Origin: a virus
Lineage: Duplodnaviria > Caudoviricetes
IMG/VR virus record: IMGVR_UViG_3300032075_000001
Coordinates: 1 to 64,000 of that record
Length of the DNA stretch: 64,000 nt
Strand: one strand, 5' to 3'
Part shown: piece after piece, positions 62,401-64,000 of the stretch
How positions within the stretch are numbered: the stretch's first letter is position 1
How the letters are laid out: each line of letters starts with the position of its first letter
Position numbers and translations under genes: made by a program
Notes under the pieces: model-generated
The model's database searches: none
What the model was told of the DNA's origin: nothing
What the model saw: only the letters and a program-made list of their open reading frames with translations

Positions 62401-62983
62401 TGCCAAACAGATTCGCGACGAGTTGTTCAAAGGGTTCCTTGAGAAGTTAATTACCGGACAAGCGCAAGGTGCAGAGGGGCTGATTGGCGCGATCGTCAAC
62501 CCGCTACTACGCGCACGTGAGCCAAACGCAGCAGTCTCAGACAATACGAAAGCAACTCAATCCAACACCGCTGCGATTCACGCACTGACTCGTTCGATGG
62601 GCGGCACAGCACCACTCGACATCGAGAGCGGGTTGAGTTCGGCGCTCCACGAAGTCGGGCACGGAATTGGACAGGTATCGGATGTGCTCGGTGGACTGTT
62701 CGGTGGCGGGCGCGCGACAGGTGGGCCAGTCAACGCGGGACGAATCTACCAAGTCCACGACAACGAATTCTTCCGGCCCAATGTCAGTGGGCGGATCTAC
62801 AACTTAGACCAGATGAGCGCGGTGGTAGGCAAGTCAAATGGAGAAGTGCGGACGATTGTCGCGCTTGGAGATGATGCGGTGAGCGATGCAATGGAATCGC
62901 ATCGACTGACGCCACAAGGAAGACGCGCGCAGATCGTGCGCGGCAGGTGGAATCGTAAGACTGGAGGATTGCAGTTTGCATGA
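59471..62983 (+). CDS. Tape measure protein
   Basis: 1170 aa, helical; LDDLSRQTGLSTDNLQVL; GGRATGGPV..GRIY.V. Confidence 0.93.
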   Translation: MDVAELRAVYSATSADFDRVTDHVQKRLKETQAQASGLGGASQTVANEAKRIESTLTSRAPVRFLGIDLASEKKAAAEVVSTAQNTVKQVEQATSKFDRTAFWARQGTQATNAAKTVEKAWSLADTEQARAASRLAAAEEQVLARRVTNAAKATSTVIRDAKTGATLTQAELAKIISGGSKVVEAEAKKVGAATGGVFANLQKLFLQNNFLFRQLGQRVAGDLGFTAVGVGKLALNFEQLAGKSLVAAAGMEGAAGGAASLLGILGPVGIAVGVVVAGLTAMAALSISAAVGMFYLAKSVTDTEEHLDDLSRQTGLSTDNLQVLEITTRQAGSNIDKFIGSVGQLQRKLVDASEGGTSRLSIGLKKLGVDLDNPNIALGQLIDLLSKVERGNARTGAAMQIFGRGGREVAGVVDQIEESVGNADGALDRLKKQFIDAGVHIDKDGIKTAGKFHDQLILIEAQFESVKRVIGEEALPTVLDAATKFSNWIATNRTEIADWAKAIEHVAETLTNLGAILLKLTGLSLLIPVTIQLRIARSFKSPSGDTTSDIAELIGKTIGEKAPLPDSTLARRTFTQDRQAQDVAENAANKIRSAFAPKGRGGHKGEDPAETARRLAEISLQETLKGLQAEHDALERQLDQNLVSRNRYTQDAINLELRRRQETIAGLRKELDEAEKIRKPGQRAIKVAEINARIKEEERRSAKEVQQITDESAAEQLRIGQATAQSQLRIIETQTDQVKARIREQADFRIVTEQQAAEFEENQALRVFNAREQLIRQELREAGDNAEKRNEARNKLDELNAERKSFIESSSRAIAAAIRSDAEHVIQFAAQIRDAFQRAADVRLEAGEANLEPLRNSILTRHQLWDAELKFEIEREKRRHDQVMSGLDDEARLAQIRIKNEQELAAVLSGIRAQSEAEEELHQARLGQITTQAAEQRRQEMLQVADDLASIASDIFDAIGKSSDEFWKSLKQSATNFAKQIRDELFKGFLEKLITGQAQGAEGLIGAIVNPLLRAREPNAAVSDNTKATQSNTAAIHALTRSMGGTAPLDIESGLSSALHEVGHGIGQVSDVLGGLFGGGRATGGPVNAGRIYQVHDNEFFRPNVSGRIYNLDQMSAVVGKSNGEVRTIVALGDDAVSDAMESHRLTPQGRRAQIVRGRWNRKTGGLQFA

Positions 62984-63360
62984 GTATCAGTGATAGCGCA
63001 GGAGCGGATTTCCTGAATCTCGACTTCAATGGCACGAGTTACACCCCGCCCGCGATCTGGTACGTGGGTTTTAGGGGTGCAGGTAGCGAACTCAGCGGCA
63101 ACGGCTACGCACGCATTCCACTCACGGCTAACTCCACCAACTTCCCGGTCACTGCGACGAAGGTGATTAGCAATGGAGTGGAGTTTGAGACGCCGAGTGC
63201 GTCGGGTGGTGACTGGGATCAGGCCGATGAAGTGGGGTTGTGGGATGCGTCAACTGGAGGTAGTCCGAGGTACTACGACTTGTTAGATGCGCCGTTCACG
63301 TTGTTGGAGGGGAGAAAGAGGACGTTTCCAATCAGTTCTCTAACGATCCGACTAATATGA
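62980..63360 (+). CDS. Tail tip/fibre-associated protein
   Basis: ELSGNGYARI, SN..EF.TP..SG.DW, GLWDA.TGG pattern. Confidence 0.65.
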   Translation: MSISDSAGADFLNLDFNGTSYTPPAIWYVGFRGAGSELSGNGYARIPLTANSTNFPVTATKVISNGVEFETPSASGGDWDQADEVGLWDASTGGSPRYYDLLDAPFTLLEGRKRTFPISSLTIRLI

Positions 63361-64000
63361 GTTACCCATCCGTTGAAGTTAGCGAATACTCCGCTGCACA
63401 AACATTCCTATACGAGTTCCGTGGCCCAAGTGGAACTTTCCGCTGGACTTCCGCGCCTATCGCTATTGACGCCACGATCGCCACCATCTCGACTCGCTTC
63501 CTCCATCCACGCGGCGGCATCTCGCACAACGATCCAACGATGTCCCCACAGGCGGATCGGGGGAACTTGGAAATCACTGTCAGTCATCGCAACCCAATTA
63601 TCCGCGCGCACCGAGAATTCCCTCCCGCTGGCGACACGGAAGTGACCGTGTGGAGACAGAATGAGATCGGCGGAGACGTGTTCGAGATCTGGTCCGGGGT
63701 GGTGATTGAGACGCCGATCGTCGGTTCGACTGGAATCATCCGCTCGCAACACTGGGCAGCGGTAGTGGCGGGGAGTGAAGGGCTCAGTGAGAAGTGGGCT
63801 CCGACTTGTCCGTTTATGACTTACCAGTTTCCTTGTCCGGCACAGGTGGCGAATCACTCAACTGCGGTAGTGGTGAGCGCGATCGATACGGAGAATTTCA
63901 CTGTGCAAGTGACAGGGATTACGCAGATCGACCACTGGTTCAATGCGGGAGTGTTCTCGGTCGCGAATGGGGATAAGCGCTTCATCTTAGACCATACGGG
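63357..64000 (+). CDS. Baseplate hub-like (DUF2163/BR0599-type) protein, truncated by the window end (not in ORF track)
   Basis: MSYPSVEVSEYSAAQTFLYEFRGPSGTFRWTS...WSGVV...CPFMTYQFPC...DHWFNAGVF. Confidence 0.7.
   Translation, partial: MSYPSVEVSEYSAAQTFLYEFRGPSGTFRWTSAPIAIDATIATISTRFLHPRGGISHNDPTMSPQADRGNLEITVSHRNPIIRAHREFPPAGDTEVTVWRQNEIGGDVFEIWSGVVIETPIVGSTGIIRSQHWAAVVAGSEGLSEKWAPTCPFMTYQFPCPAQVANHSTAVVVSAIDTENFTVQVTGITQIDHWFNAGVFSVANGDKRFILDHT

Larger units (their letters stand above)
1..64000. other. Tailed dsDNA phage genome segment (siphovirus-like)
   Basis: Terminase, HK97-type portal/protease/capsid, neck, tail tube, chaperone, tape measure and phage replication genes; no host core genes seen. 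Confidence 0.97.

Noticed and set aside
1-64000. CRISPR array or diversity-generating retroelement
   Set aside because: No regularly spaced direct repeats, no reverse transcriptase and no TR/VR pair seen; the Cas4-like nuclease is in a recombination context.

Overview
A 64-kb segment of a tailed (siphovirus-type, HK97-fold) bacteriophage genome. No host housekeeping genes, integrase or endolysin are recognisable in the window, and the host cannot be assigned from sequence alone. Layout: 0-2.7 kb, putative membrane/lysis genes with a GIY-YIG homing endonuclease; 2.9-14.2 kb (minus), replication/recombination genes (NrdR-like Zn ribbon, Dam-type MTase, UDG-PolA fusion, SSB-like protein, Sak4-like ATPase, XRE-HNH, PD-(D/E)XK exonuclease); 14.3-15.9 kb, HTH + D5-type SF3 helicase + inverted-repeat ori candidate; 16-24 kb (minus), early accessory genes including a two-domain beta-clamp-like protein; 24-39 kb, mixed blocks with a TerS candidate, intein-containing TerL and tRNA/tRNA-like genes; 39-64 kb, a giant repeat fibre, a glycosyltransferase-methyltransferase fusion, portal, two more homing endonucleases, head, neck, tail (with a -1 chaperone frameshift), tape measure and a truncated hub gene. 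The strongest candidate for an undescribed system is the 35.46-36.62 kb operon. It contains a 247-aa ORF followed by a circularly permuted, anticodon-less tRNA-like RNA that has a Gly-type acceptor stem, an encoded UCCA and hexamer-periodic flanking loops, then a tRNA-Ile(UAU) and a terminator hairpin. All family assignments are from motif recognition by eye; no database searches were run.
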